Below, piece after piece: positions 50,801-60,333 of a stretch of 64,000 bases of DNA (position 1 is the stretch's first letter; every line of letters starts with the position of its first letter). Position numbers and translations under genes: made by a program. Where the stretch lies: positions 1,811,012-1,875,011 of the forward strand of contig CP070763.1 of the NCBI GenBank assembly GCA_020349025.1. The letters are read 5' to 3'. The DNA comes from Candidatus Latescibacterota bacterium (GTDB lineage Bacteria; Krumholzibacteriota; Krumholzibacteriia; G020349025). Below the pieces are notes generated by a model. That model did no database searches, was not told the origin of the DNA, and saw only the letters and a program-made list of their open reading frames with translations.

Positions 50801-51296
50801 TCTCCCAGCGCTGCGCGCGCGTCGACGTCGCCGGTGGCCCGCGCACCGCGTTCGGATGCGTCGTGGGTTGCGCCAGAACCAGAGGCTGCGCCGGCGGCGT
50901 CACCCTCCCTTCACTGACCGCGATCGTGAGGCTCAAGATCGAGTCGAAGTACGCCGGGTGTAGGCTGCCCGCGAGGACCAGCTCTTCGAGCTGTGCAAAG
51001 AACTGTGGGTAGAGCAGGTAGCGGTAGACCTCGGTGTCCGTCAGCTGCAGGTTGTCGCAGACGCGCTCGAAGAAGTCATCCAGCTTTGGACCCCAATAGC
51101 TGAACAATTCCCCGCCGGGATCTTCTTTGGCCGGAGTCGTCAGGATCTGGAAGTAGCGCGTCTTCGACTGATGCAGCGCTTGCGAACCGAGGTTGAAGAG
51201 GTCGTCGTAGTAGACCTTCGTCTGCCGCCCCTGAGCGAGTCCCAGGCTTGGCAAAAAAAGGGCAAAAAGCCCCACATGGAGGATGCGGTTTCGCAT
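47850..51296 (-). CDS. Large outer-membrane protein: N-terminal HExxH (peptidase-MA-like) domain + TolB-like beta-propeller + C-terminal Omp85/surface-antigen-like beta-barrel
   Basis: Signal peptide MRNRILHVGLFALFLPSLGLAQG, the HExxH motif QHEIAHAVVEN, and TolB-type blades (DPRWSPDGRAIVF, DVFLLDIETGETRNLT). The C-terminal 400 aa are strand-rich, ending ...FFFYDAGIA...GLVLVW. ATG at 51294-51296. Confidence 0.6.
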   Translation of the reverse strand: MRNRILHVGLFALFLPSLGLAQGRQTKVYYDDLFNLGSQALHQSKTRYFQILTTPAKEDPGGELFSYWGPKLDDFFERVCDNLQLTDTEVYRYLLYPQFFAQLEELVLAGSLHPAYFDSILSLTIAVSEGRVTPPAQPLVLAQPTTHPNAVRGPPATSTRAQRWETRHVEFEGDTALIWLPRDAARLYQRCVLYRTLSDFLATPIGPPLPEGVLGFVPRHDPSLPIVIYASLGEYRLRRTAQHEIAHAVVENIAKYLRGLAPMRTRHAKRDTTTLQRAWRRGSGGFSAITHENYAEYLAFPHGEMEPALRAALVEMVAENELDGLAALSVGARTLASSYIEGPARLFFLAERFGRDLPKKLLVSYYSQTGGFLDRLEELTGQRISTLEQLYRRWLREELWQEHLSTDIADTLGTVMAHGLAGVRRDGELLVQLVRRGRQEIVLRTPREKGVRERHVVRDLDDGIERIPIFSTPDLYEGRVVTSVRSRNEESLFLWDKKRGGRIRALGELGPVREVRDPRWSPDGRAIVFRVVERSGRNAIGYLDVESDVAHLVTPWHWAEIASPSFAEDPSLVLFTSTATANYQSDVFLLDIETGETRNLTSSPDVAEQEPLLVNGHLVYLSDENGVPAPTEHLYHGGSRTLMSLPFPVSRMQLSDSTLTLVANSLRHSRQPASRAVWSFPLQKLGLDASSQQPQPLIALHDDAPAGVQTAAATASAVPEPASAGMLSDLRHTAGHGDVGLVISPYKQKWRFMPLGLNLTSSSTRTNGATFMGFDTEFHDQSVMFAVGQSGEFDRFGLIQYANRSSRIHWQVSGFYRSILRARFQADSTFSVNRTESEQGLLLSGQYHQSLVSRVGLALAVTRRTDTEGKVIASESESTVLAAEAPVLEMQMPRLDPRAWRLALGGVPNVSLLTDRSPTAMRRWAEADRAHAARAEREFLPTHEYVRPNAEVGLSFSRDTRVWSDARGPRAGSLWLVSVASGFNAPGLRTQLNGAQQDSVQQRVTAGLNRISFAALLVKHQRLGHLDLALRGRALVNDGPQAFIYGLGGMYSVSGYPTGFIRSERIAYANFEVRAQVWDYSRLRLPVYALPLPAADAFFFYDAGIAEGAPAIYSYGVGVRLRLGFLAYEWRHLLRSGLRNQNGLVLVW

Positions 51297-51821
51297 CGCC
51301 TCCACCGACGACAACGGGCGCAGTTGCGGCGCGACCCGTGATGAACAGGGGGGCAATCAAAGTGCGACTGACTCCAGAAGTATACGGGGTGGCACGTAAG
51401 GGGTCAAACGGACAGCCAGTTGCGCGCTCGACCGTGGACGGCAACGTTGTGGTGACACTTCGCCCCCCCGATTGGGTGAGTTTGCATTTTCCATGCGCAT
51501 TCCATACACCCTTTGCACAACAACGTTGCGGAAGGCGGTTTGACCCTGCTGGATCCGCCGCGCAATACTCGGCACTCTGGCGGTCGATGTGTGGGGTCGA
51601 TGGCGGGGAGGTGGGGCGTTGGCAGGTCGCAATCCGAGGCATCCGAGGGAAGTGCGTCGCGCCGACCCCTGTTTCGGACGCAGCACTCCCCCGGAGCCCC
51701 CAATCGTGTCGTCCGTCGCTGAAACCGCCGCTGGCGCAGGCGTATTCCAGCTCGCCCTGGCGCGGGCGCGCGGACGCGCAAAAGCCTCTACACGCTGACT
51801 TCGTACGTTCGAGGCAGGCCG

Positions 51822-53276
51822 ATGCGTCTGGAATCCAACGAGCACCGCCTTCGCTTCGCGCCGAGCCCGACCGGCCGGCTGCACGTGGGGAGTGCGCGCA
51901 CCGCTCTTTACAACTGGCTTCTGGCGCGTCACCACGCTGGTGTCCTGGTCTTGCGCATCGAGGATACCGACGCCGAGCGCTCCACCCGGGACTTGGAGGA
52001 GAGGCTGATGGCCGACCTCCACTGGATGGGGCTGGAGTGGGACGAAGGGCCCGATGTCGGCGGTCCTCATGCTCCCTATCGCCAATCGGAGCGCGCCGCG
52101 GTCTATGCCGCTCGCGCCCGACAGCTGCTCGAGGCCGGCCGCGCTTTTCGCTGCTTCTGCAGCGACGAGCTCCTGGCGACAAAGCGCGAAGCGCAGCGCG
52201 CGGCTGGCGAGGAGCCGCACTACGACGGCACCTGCCGGCGGCTGGACGCGGGTGAGGCGGGGCGGCGGGCGCAATCGGGAGAGACACACACGATCCGCTT
52301 CCACGTGCCTGGGGGCGTCGTGCGTTTCGACGATCTCGTGCGCGGGCCCATGGAGATCGATTCCGCCACGCTCGGCGACTTCGTGCTTCTGCGCTCGAAC
52401 GGCGTGCCAACCTACAACTTCGCCTGCGTGGCGGACGATGCGGAGATGCAGATCTCCCATGTCGTGCGCGGCGACGATCACCTCTACAACACGGCACGAC
52501 AGGTGATGCTCTACGCAGCACTCGGGATTCCTGCGCCCCAGTTCGCGCACCTCGCGCTCATCCTGGACGAGGATCGCAGCAAGCTGAGCAAGCGCGAGGG
52601 TCGTGAAGGGACGTACGCGTATGAGTACCGCGATGCAGGCTTCCTGCCTGGCGCCTTGGTGAACTTCCTCGCCCTGCTCGGATGGTCCTCCCCGAGCGGC
52701 GACGACATCCTCGATCTTGAGCGCCTGGTCCAGGAGTTCGATCTCGACCGCGTGTCGAAATCGCCGGCCATCTTCGATGCGCGCAAGCTGCGCTGGATGG
52801 CGGGGGAGCACCTGCGCGCCCAGCCGCTCGAGGCGCTCGCTGAACGTGCCCGCCCCTTCCTGCGCGCGGCGGGTCTCCCAGACGATCCAGAGCGAGCTGC
52901 CGCGTGGACTGCGGCTTTCAAGGATGGCATCGCTTGCTTGGGCGAGCTGCCGCCACGTGTACGCGAGCTCCTGCATCCGGGGCCGCTCGATGCCGAGGCC
53001 GCCGCGGTTCTCGGCCAGGAGGAGGCACGTCGCTTGCTCGACACACTTGCGGATCGACTCGAGCGCGTTCCAGGAGACACGCAGCCCATGGACGGGGCTC
53101 AGTTCAAGAGGCTGCTGCAGGAGTGCGGGCGCGAGCTCGGTGTGCGCGGCAAATCCCTCTTCATGCCCGCTCGTGTTGCGCTCACTGGTCGCTTGCACGG
53201 ACCGGAGCTGGCGCTCCTGTTCGACGCCATGGGGCGCGAGACGGCGACAAAGCGCATTCGCGATGCGGCGCGCTGA
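51822..53276 (+). CDS. gltX: Glutamate--tRNA ligase
   Basis: LRFAPSPTGRLHVGSARTAL (HIGH motif) and KLSKREG (KMSK motif). Confidence 0.9.
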   Translation: MRLESNEHRLRFAPSPTGRLHVGSARTALYNWLLARHHAGVLVLRIEDTDAERSTRDLEERLMADLHWMGLEWDEGPDVGGPHAPYRQSERAAVYAARARQLLEAGRAFRCFCSDELLATKREAQRAAGEEPHYDGTCRRLDAGEAGRRAQSGETHTIRFHVPGGVVRFDDLVRGPMEIDSATLGDFVLLRSNGVPTYNFACVADDAEMQISHVVRGDDHLYNTARQVMLYAALGIPAPQFAHLALILDEDRSKLSKREGREGTYAYEYRDAGFLPGALVNFLALLGWSSPSGDDILDLERLVQEFDLDRVSKSPAIFDARKLRWMAGEHLRAQPLEALAERARPFLRAAGLPDDPERAAAWTAAFKDGIACLGELPPRVRELLHPGPLDAEAAAVLGQEEARRLLDTLADRLERVPGDTQPMDGAQFKRLLQECGRELGVRGKSLFMPARVALTGRLHGPELALLFDAMGRETATKRIRDAAR

Positions 53277-53323
53277 TCCTGTAGCATGCGGTTGGAAGCA
53301 CAGGCCCGATCGGGAGGGAGAAG

Positions 53324-54349
53324 ATGCGGGTGATCGTGTTGATGGGCGGGGATTCCCCCGAGCGAGACGTGTCGCTGGTCTCCGGGCGAGCCATCGGCGA
53401 AGCGCTGATCCGCCGCGGCCATGAGGTCACCGCGCTCGACACGGCCGGGACAAGGCTCGTGGACCTGGAGAACACCAAGACGATCGGCACCGAGCCGCCC
53501 TCCAACGCCCTCGTACCCTCCGGAGACGCGATCCACGCCGTGGAGCGCCTGAGCGCGCACGCCTTCGGCGACGTCGACGTCGTCTTCGTGGCTCTGCACG
53601 GCACGGGGGGCGAGGACGGCACGATTCAGGCGCTTCTCGAGACCGCGGGCGTTCCCTACACCGGTTCGGGGGTTCTGGCGAGCAGCCTCGCCATGGACAA
53701 GGAGATCTCGAAGCGCCTCTTTCGCGATCTCGGTGTGCCCAACCCGCCGGGCTTCGCGGCCGACGCCGACACGCCGATCGCAGAGCTGATCGCGCGTGTG
53801 CGCGAGAGCTGTGGCTTTCCCGCCGTCGTCAAGCCGAACGCACAGGGGTCGAGCGTTGGAGTTTCGATCGTGCCTGCCGAGGAGAAGCTGGCGACTGCGG
53901 TCGAGGAGGCCAGGGCGTACGATTCGCGCCTCCTCTTCGAGGGTTTCATCCCAGGTCGTGAGATGACAGTCGCCGTCTACGATGGACGCGCTCTCCCCGT
54001 GGTGGAGATCGTTCCGCATTCGGGCCTGTACGATTACCGCAGCAAGTACACACCCGGGTCGAGCGAATACCACGTTCCAGCCGACATTCCGCAGGAGGTT
54101 GCAGCGGAGCTGCAGCGCTACGCGCTGCGCTGTTTCCATGGCTTGCGTTGCCGTGACTTCGCACGCGTCGATTTCCGCTTGAACCCTGCGAACGCGCCCT
54201 ACTGTCTCGAGGTCAACACGATCCCGGGGATGACTCCAACGAGCCTGGTGCCGAAGGCGGCTCAATGCGCCGGCATCGATTTCGACACGCTGGTCGAGGG
54301 CATCACGCGCAGCGCCGCGTCGCGCGGTCGTGTGCGCAGCAGTGGCTGA
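53324..54349 (+). CDS. ddl: D-alanine--D-alanine ligase
   Basis: MRVIVLMGGDSPERDVSLVSG N-terminus and an ATP-grasp fold. Confidence 0.85.
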   Translation: MRVIVLMGGDSPERDVSLVSGRAIGEALIRRGHEVTALDTAGTRLVDLENTKTIGTEPPSNALVPSGDAIHAVERLSAHAFGDVDVVFVALHGTGGEDGTIQALLETAGVPYTGSGVLASSLAMDKEISKRLFRDLGVPNPPGFAADADTPIAELIARVRESCGFPAVVKPNAQGSSVGVSIVPAEEKLATAVEEARAYDSRLLFEGFIPGREMTVAVYDGRALPVVEIVPHSGLYDYRSKYTPGSSEYHVPADIPQEVAAELQRYALRCFHGLRCRDFARVDFRLNPANAPYCLEVNTIPGMTPTSLVPKAAQCAGIDFDTLVEGITRSAASRGRVRSSG

Positions 54350-54373
54350 CCCGCGCCAAGCGGTCGTGCCGCA

Positions 54374-55195
54374 GTGGGAAGGGTGACGATGACGAGCGCC
54401 GCATCGACCCGCCCTGAGAAGCGTCTCGTGGGCATGGTGCACCTGCCGCCGCTGCCCGGCTCACCCCAGAGCGCCCTCGAGCTGTCCGCGATCGAAGAGC
54501 GCGCCGTGCGCGAAGCGCAGATCCTCGCGCGCGCAGGCTTCGATTCCTGCCTTCTCGAGAACTTCGGCGACGTGCCCTTCCACAAAGAGCGCGTCGACCC
54601 GATCACGGTCGCGACGATGACGCGCATCGTCGCCAGCGTCAGGCGCGAGCTTCCCGACCTGCACCTGGGTGTGAACGTGCTGCGCAACGACGCATTGGCC
54701 GCGCTCGCCGTCGCCCTGGCCGGCGGCGCCAACGCCATCCGGGTCAACGTCCACGTGGGCGCCACCGCCACCGATCAGGGGGTCGTGGAGGGGCGTGCTG
54801 CCGAGACGCTGCGCACGCGGCGAGCTCTCGCGGCCGCGATCGACATCTGGGCCGACGTGCACGTGAAGCACGGCAGCAGCCTCGCGCACGACACGATCAT
54901 CGAGGAGGCGCGCGACGCCGCGGAGCGCGGCCTGGCCGACGCGCTGATCGTGACGGGGAAGGCAACCGGGTGGAAGACGGAGGTCGACGACCTGCGCGCC
55001 GTGCGCGAGCTCGAGCTCGGCGTGCCGATCTACGTCGGCAGCGGCGTGCACGAGCGCAACGTGGATCTCTTCCTGCGTGAATCGGACGGTGTGATCGTGG
55101 GCTCGTCGCTCAAGGAGGAGGGGCGCGCAGCCAAGCCGCTCGATCCCGAGCGTGTCGAGCGCTTCATGGAAGTCGCACGCCATCCCAGTATTTGA
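54374..55195 (+). CDS. BtpA/SgcQ-family TIM-barrel protein
   Basis: VGMVHLPPLPGSP...ENFGDVPF is the BtpA family signature. GTG at 54374. Confidence 0.6.
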   Translation: MGRVTMTSAASTRPEKRLVGMVHLPPLPGSPQSALELSAIEERAVREAQILARAGFDSCLLENFGDVPFHKERVDPITVATMTRIVASVRRELPDLHLGVNVLRNDALAALAVALAGGANAIRVNVHVGATATDQGVVEGRAAETLRTRRALAAAIDIWADVHVKHGSSLAHDTIIEEARDAAERGLADALIVTGKATGWKTEVDDLRAVRELELGVPIYVGSGVHERNVDLFLRESDGVIVGSSLKEEGRAAKPLDPERVERFMEVARHPSI

Positions 55196-55309
55196 AGCAC
55201 ACCGTTCAACGTCAGGTCGCAATGATGCCCCGTGACTCCGGCGTCTGCTTGACGCGCCTTCCAGGCGCGCGTCAGGATGGACTCGGTCACGATCCGTGGA
55301 GGGCGGAGG

Positions 55310-55951
55310 ATGCCGTTTGCGTACTACAAGCGTCTGAGCGCGAAACAGCGGCGGATCTACGACGAGAGTGACGCGGTGGTGCGCATCCAGCTCCCCGGTG
55401 CGGAGAAGATGCAAGCGCGCGTCGCTGCGCTGGCGCGCGCTCTGCGCAAGTCGGACCGCAAGGCAACGGAGCAGGCGTCGCGGCAGCTGACCGAGGCCAT
55501 TCTGAAGGCGCTCGGCGTCGCGGGGGTGCGGGTCCGCGTCCTGGCTGCTCGCCCGTCGCACGACTGGGGCGAGCTGCACGGTCTCTACGAGCCGGAAGAG
55601 GGACGCAAACCGTTGCTGACCGTTTGGATGCGTACGGCACAGCGCCGGCAAGTGGTCGCCTTCAAGACCTTCATGCGCACGCTCCTGCACGAGATCATGC
55701 ATCACCTCGACTACGAGCTGTTCGAGCTCGACGACTCGTACCACACCGAAGGCTTCTACAAACGCGAATCCAGTCTCTTCCGCCAACTGGTCCCCGATCC
55801 CAGCCTCTACGAAGAGGGAACGACACCGCGGGCGACGCGCAGGTCTGCTGCAACAAGCGAAGGACGAACGCGCAGGAAAGCGGGGGCGAAGCGCGCGGCG
55901 CGCAAGACCGCCGCCGCGGAGCAGCAGCACCTGCCTTTCGGCGATTCCTGA
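55310..55951 (+). CDS. Hypothetical zincin-like protein with HEIMHHLDYE motif (SprT/WLM/DUF45-like) and a basic C-terminal tail
   Basis: HExxH followed by a downstream Glu/His. No signal peptide. K/R-rich C-terminus. Confidence 0.45.
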   Translation: MPFAYYKRLSAKQRRIYDESDAVVRIQLPGAEKMQARVAALARALRKSDRKATEQASRQLTEAILKALGVAGVRVRVLAARPSHDWGELHGLYEPEEGRKPLLTVWMRTAQRRQVVAFKTFMRTLLHEIMHHLDYELFELDDSYHTEGFYKRESSLFRQLVPDPSLYEEGTTPRATRRSAATSEGRTRRKAGAKRAARKTAAAEQQHLPFGDS

Positions 55952-56183
55952 TCGGCTGTCGGAAACATGGTGACAGGCTCGGCACCCCACACGACCGCGT
56001 GCTGCAAGGCACGCCGGTGGTATGCAGCGCGACCTTCTACTGTTGGTGGTTGGGGCGCCGAATCCCACAGGAGTGATTGACAGCGGCAGCGGGCGGTTGG
56101 GATCAAAGCGACCCAAAGGCCGGGATCAGAACTGTCAGCATGCGTCGCTCCTCCACACTCGGGAAACCGTTGTCTGGGCTCAT

Positions 56184-58517
56184 TCAATCCCCCGAGGCAG
56201 GTACGGTTCGGATGGAGAGACGCTGAATCGACCAGTCCATCTGTGTAGCGGGGGTGATTCCTCGAGTCCCGGTCGCGACTTGGCTGAGAAGCCTCGACAG
56301 GGCGGTCGCGGATCCCCGTGTCACCCGTCCGCCTTCGAGGACTCCTGGATCCGGGATCGGTTGCCGCGTGGACAAGAGCAGGAACGTGTCGATGCCAAAA
56401 GGAGCCGAGATTGTGAACTGGGTTCCGAGCAACGGGATCTCCTCCACAGGATCCGAGGTCATTCCGGAGCGCGGCACGAGGTTGTCCGCGTTGCTGCGGT
56501 TCCTCGGAAACAGGAGGACACTTCTGCCTGCTGAATCCAGTGCAAAAACATAGACGTAGCGCTGCTGGAGTCCTTGGCTCAGCGCATCCGCGTCGGCCTG
56601 AAGCACGACCTGAAAACTCTGCCCCTCGAACGCTGTCGGCGTGGAATCCATCGGTTCCAAATCTGGACTCGCGTCCGAATCGGCGCTCTTCAGGGTGAGC
56701 CTATAGGGGAAAAGGCCGTCATCAGGTGGAGCCTCAAGCTCGAGCCATCCGCGGATCACCGCCAAGCGGATCGCCAGTTCGCGCAGCCTGTGCGCTGCCT
56801 GCTCGACCGACGCACTCGCATACGACGCAGAGCACCACTCGCTCCGCACCGCGAGTGGTGAGCACTGCTGTGCCTGAGATCGAGTCACGTTCGGGAGAAT
56901 CCAAGCGTACTGGAGTTCTGGGCCCGCGCCTCTTCCGACGAGCAGGTAATGCGCGCGGGCGGGATCGGGTGTGACTTCGATGGCTCCGGTCGTTCCAGCG
57001 GGTCCCAACGCAAGACCGGCGACGAGCTCACGCGGTGGCGGCAACTGCAAGAAGAAGCTCGTCTCGACATTGGGCGACAGGATTTCGCGTACCGATTCCG
57101 CGCTGGGGTTGGGCCCGAGATCCACGTTGCCCTCGGGTGTCGTGAGCACCCAAGCCGAATCGACCCAGCGGACAACGTGAGTCGGAGTCTCCTCGGTAGG
57201 ATCTTCGATCCAGCGCAGCATGTCGGATTTCCGCAAGTTCGAGAGTTCCTGCGCGGTTTCGACCACCGCGCTATAGGCCGTCGTTGTCTGGGGGATCCAA
57301 ACCCTGAGATAAGCCTCGTCCGCGTGGCTCCAGCGATCCAACTCGAATAGATCACCCGGTTGAACGAGCTTCGGATCGCCTTCGATGACGCGCGCCCTGC
57401 ACTGCACCGGGCTGTCGACAGTTCGCACCTGGACGCGTACGGTGCCACCAGGCAGCCTGTCTCCCACGTTACCCAGCCATCTCAGCTCGCAGCCCGCATG
57501 CAGGCCGACTGCGAATCCACCATCCAGGACGCAGTCTCCCGTGCTTCGCTTCGACAAGACCGCGACGACCGTGCCGCCGATTTCGTCCGAAGCTGCCGTT
57601 CCAAAGATCGATCTGGACCGGCGTTCATCGGTCCCGCTCAAGGTCGGCTCTTGCCACAGGCTCATGGCTCGCATCTGCGCTTTGACGCTCAAGAAGATGC
57701 GTTGGGCGGGTTCCTGGAGAGAAACGGTTCGCAGGCGTTTCGTTAGCGCCAGGCTGAAGCCGCCATGTGCGATGTCCTGACCGTCGCGCACCTCGAGCGC
57801 GCTTTCAGATTCGTGGGCTGCCGCGAATACCAGCGCACCTCGATCCGCAGGATCCCCGCGCGGATCTTCTGTTTCCTGTCCCACAATCGCGGCGATGTCC
57901 GTGTTGCTCGGTCGGAGCGAGCGCGATCTGGCGAAGTTGGGGAGTCCCCTTTGCATCGAAGTGCTGTGGCATGCGTCGAGGAATGCGGTGAGAATCGCGC
58001 CCTTGTCCAGAACGTCGTTGAACATTCGCTTCAGCTCTTTGTCCCGAATGTCCTGGGCCCCACGGTTGGCATCGGCGGGAACGATGCTCTCGTCCATCTT
58101 GTCGGGTTCGGGGGAGTTCGAGTTCTTGACTTGCGAGCCATGCCCCGCGTAGTAAAAAACGCAGACGTCACCTGCAGAGGCGGAGTCGATCAAGCATTCG
58201 ATGAAGCTGCGAAGTATTGCCTCGCGGGTCGCTTCCGAGTTTCGGAGAACACGCACATGTTCGCGCTTGAAAGCGTGTCGGCCCACGAGAATGCTGTATA
58301 TGGCCTCCACATCGTTGACCGCACCTGAGAGGTTGATCCACTCACGCTCTTGAGATGTCGGTTCGGCGACCTCGTACTCGTCGATTCCGACCAGCAGCGC
58401 TCGCCGCGTTTCCGACCACACGTCGGTGACACCGTGGGTCAAGATCCACACCGCAATACTCAGCAGCCAGAGGGATGAGAACCTGCGGGCGCTTCCTGCC
58501 GCCGCACTCCCTTTCAT
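56184..58517 (-). CDS. Secreted caspase-like cysteine peptidase (family C14) with a roughly 480-aa C-terminal region of unknown function
   Basis: Signal peptide (LWLLSIAVWILTHGV); caspase His/Cys dyad blocks LLVGIDEY, VFYYAGHGSQ and AFLDACHS. ATG at 58515-58517. Confidence 0.65.
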   Translation of the reverse strand: MKGSAAAGSARRFSSLWLLSIAVWILTHGVTDVWSETRRALLVGIDEYEVAEPTSQEREWINLSGAVNDVEAIYSILVGRHAFKREHVRVLRNSEATREAILRSFIECLIDSASAGDVCVFYYAGHGSQVKNSNSPEPDKMDESIVPADANRGAQDIRDKELKRMFNDVLDKGAILTAFLDACHSTSMQRGLPNFARSRSLRPSNTDIAAIVGQETEDPRGDPADRGALVFAAAHESESALEVRDGQDIAHGGFSLALTKRLRTVSLQEPAQRIFLSVKAQMRAMSLWQEPTLSGTDERRSRSIFGTAASDEIGGTVVAVLSKRSTGDCVLDGGFAVGLHAGCELRWLGNVGDRLPGGTVRVQVRTVDSPVQCRARVIEGDPKLVQPGDLFELDRWSHADEAYLRVWIPQTTTAYSAVVETAQELSNLRKSDMLRWIEDPTEETPTHVVRWVDSAWVLTTPEGNVDLGPNPSAESVREILSPNVETSFFLQLPPPRELVAGLALGPAGTTGAIEVTPDPARAHYLLVGRGAGPELQYAWILPNVTRSQAQQCSPLAVRSEWCSASYASASVEQAAHRLRELAIRLAVIRGWLELEAPPDDGLFPYRLTLKSADSDASPDLEPMDSTPTAFEGQSFQVVLQADADALSQGLQQRYVYVFALDSAGRSVLLFPRNRSNADNLVPRSGMTSDPVEEIPLLGTQFTISAPFGIDTFLLLSTRQPIPDPGVLEGGRVTRGSATALSRLLSQVATGTRGITPATQMDWSIQRLSIRTVPASGD

Positions 58518-58859
58518 GCCGGCTCCTTTCGCCGGACGGTTCAATGAGTCGTGATTGCGTGCTGCATCGTCTCCGCGCCGCAACCCCTCGAGGAGCCACG
58601 GTGTGGATTCACTTGGGTTCGGGCGAACTGGCCGATCCTCGCCACGCGAATTCACAAGTCCACGCGTGCAGCATGGCACGCTCGCCTGGCGAACCGCCAC
58701 GTGGAGATCGCACACTTGTCCGAACTCGAAGCGGGACCGGCCCATTATGCCACACGGGGTGGGCCGTGGCCCGGGCCGATCTTACTCCGCACGACGGCAG
58801 AGTCGCGCGGCGTTGCGCCCGAGGCGAGACGGATGATGGCTTGGGAACGGAGGCGGGTT

Positions 58860-59096
58860 TCAGACCTTCTCGCCGCGCGCGCGCATTTCGCGCACGACCG
58901 ACGCCAGACCGCGCCGATTGATGACCTTCATACCGTGTGCGCTGACACGGAGGCGGATCCAGCGCTTCTCTTCCTCGAACCAGTAGCGCTTGTTCTGGAG
59001 GTTCACCTCGAAGCGGCGGCGCGTCTTGTTGTTGGCGTGGCTGACGTTGTTGCCCACCTGCGCCTTCTTGCCCGTGACCTGGCAAATCCGCGACAT
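58860..59096 (-). CDS. rpmB: 50S ribosomal protein L28
   Basis: [34 protein letters not shown] is the L28 consensus. The track ORF is over-extended at the 5' end. Confidence 0.9.
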   Translation of the reverse strand: MSRICQVTGKKAQVGNNVSHANNKTRRRFEVNLQNKRYWFEEEKRWIRLRVSAHGMKVINRRGLASVVREMRARGEKV

Positions 59097-59447
59097 TTCT
59101 CGACTCCCTGACACGAACAGGCGCGCGGCCCGACCGCGCGCTCCGTGGAGGCCCAGAATGCCGCGCCTGGGCTGGAAAGTCAAACCTGCCGAGGTGTGGC
59201 AGCGCCTCGCCCCAACGCCGTCGCCCGCTCCAGATACGGCGCGCGCGATCGCAGCCTGAACGCTGCACCGTGCGGCGAGTCGTGGTCGCACCAATCCCGG
59301 GCCGGCAGTAAACGCCCGGCTCGCCAGCCCAGAGCGTCACCGAAGCCCGGAGCGTGTCTGAAAGGACGGCGGGGCACGAGGATCCCGGGCTTGCGGCCTC
59401 GATATCAAAATGCTATATTAAGATAGTGAAGTGAAAGGAGGCCTTCC

Positions 59448-60320
59448 ATGGCTAGCCGCGAGCTGACGCGGACCGCCGCCTCGGGGTTCGCGATGCTCTT
59501 CGTGTTGATTGCGATGCTTGCGTTCACGATCTGGATGTTCGTCGGCGGCGTCCAGGACGAGGATGTCTTGCGCATCATCCTGTCGATCGTGCTCTTTCTC
59601 CTCTTCTTCCTCGGGATGCCCGGATTCGTGGTGGTGCAGCCGAACGAGGCCGCCGTGTTGATCCTCTTCGGTGCCTACAAGGGCACGATCAAGAAGAACG
59701 GCTTCTGGTGGGTGAACCCGTTCACCGTGAAGCGGAAGATCTCGCTTCGCGCCCGCAACCTCGACGGCGACAAGCTCAAGGTCAACGACCTGGGAGGCAA
59801 TCCGGTCGAGATCGCCGCGGTCGTCGTGTGGCGTGTCGCCGACACCTTCTCCGCCAGCTTCGACGTGGACGACTACGAGGGCTTCGTGCGTGTCCAGAGT
59901 GACTCCGCCGTGCGCCACCTGGCGAAGGAGTACCCCTACGACGAGCGGGAGCAGGGTTCGATCTCGCTGCGCGGTAGCACCGACGAGGTCTCGGATGCCC
60001 TGCGGCAGGAGCTGCAGGAGCGTGTCGGACGTGCCGGCGTGGTCGTGGACGAGGCGCGTCTCAGCCACCTCGCCTACGCGCCAGAGATCGCCAGCGCCAT
60101 GCTGCAACGTCAGCAAGCCGAGGCGATCATCGCCGCGCGCACGCGCATCGTGGAGGGTGCGGTCAGCATGGTCGAGATGGCGTTGGATCAGCTGAGTCGC
60201 AAGCAGGTGGTGGAGCTCGACGAAGAGCGCAAGGCGACGATGATCAGCAATCTGCTCGTCGTTCTCACCAGCGAGCAGGCGGCTGCCCCCGTCGTCAACG
60301 CTGGCACCCTGTACCGCTGA
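59448..60320 (+). CDS. SPFH/band-7 family membrane protein
   Basis: Two N-terminal TM helices, then an SPFH-like block ([14 protein letters not shown]...[21 protein letters not shown]), and an AAGGAGG RBS 7 nt upstream. Confidence 0.65.
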   Translation: MASRELTRTAASGFAMLFVLIAMLAFTIWMFVGGVQDEDVLRIILSIVLFLLFFLGMPGFVVVQPNEAAVLILFGAYKGTIKKNGFWWVNPFTVKRKISLRARNLDGDKLKVNDLGGNPVEIAAVVVWRVADTFSASFDVDDYEGFVRVQSDSAVRHLAKEYPYDEREQGSISLRGSTDEVSDALRQELQERVGRAGVVVDEARLSHLAYAPEIASAMLQRQQAEAIIAARTRIVEGAVSMVEMALDQLSRKQVVELDEERKATMISNLLVVLTSEQAAAPVVNAGTLYR

Positions 60321-60333
60321 CGGAATTGCAATC

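Noticed and set aside
51385-51410. T-box riboswitch for gltX suggested by GGGTGGCACG
   Set aside because: Only a partial match to the AGGGTGGNACCGCG core, located about 425 nt from the start codon with no adjacent terminator/antiterminator pair. Kept only as a low-interest structured-region note.
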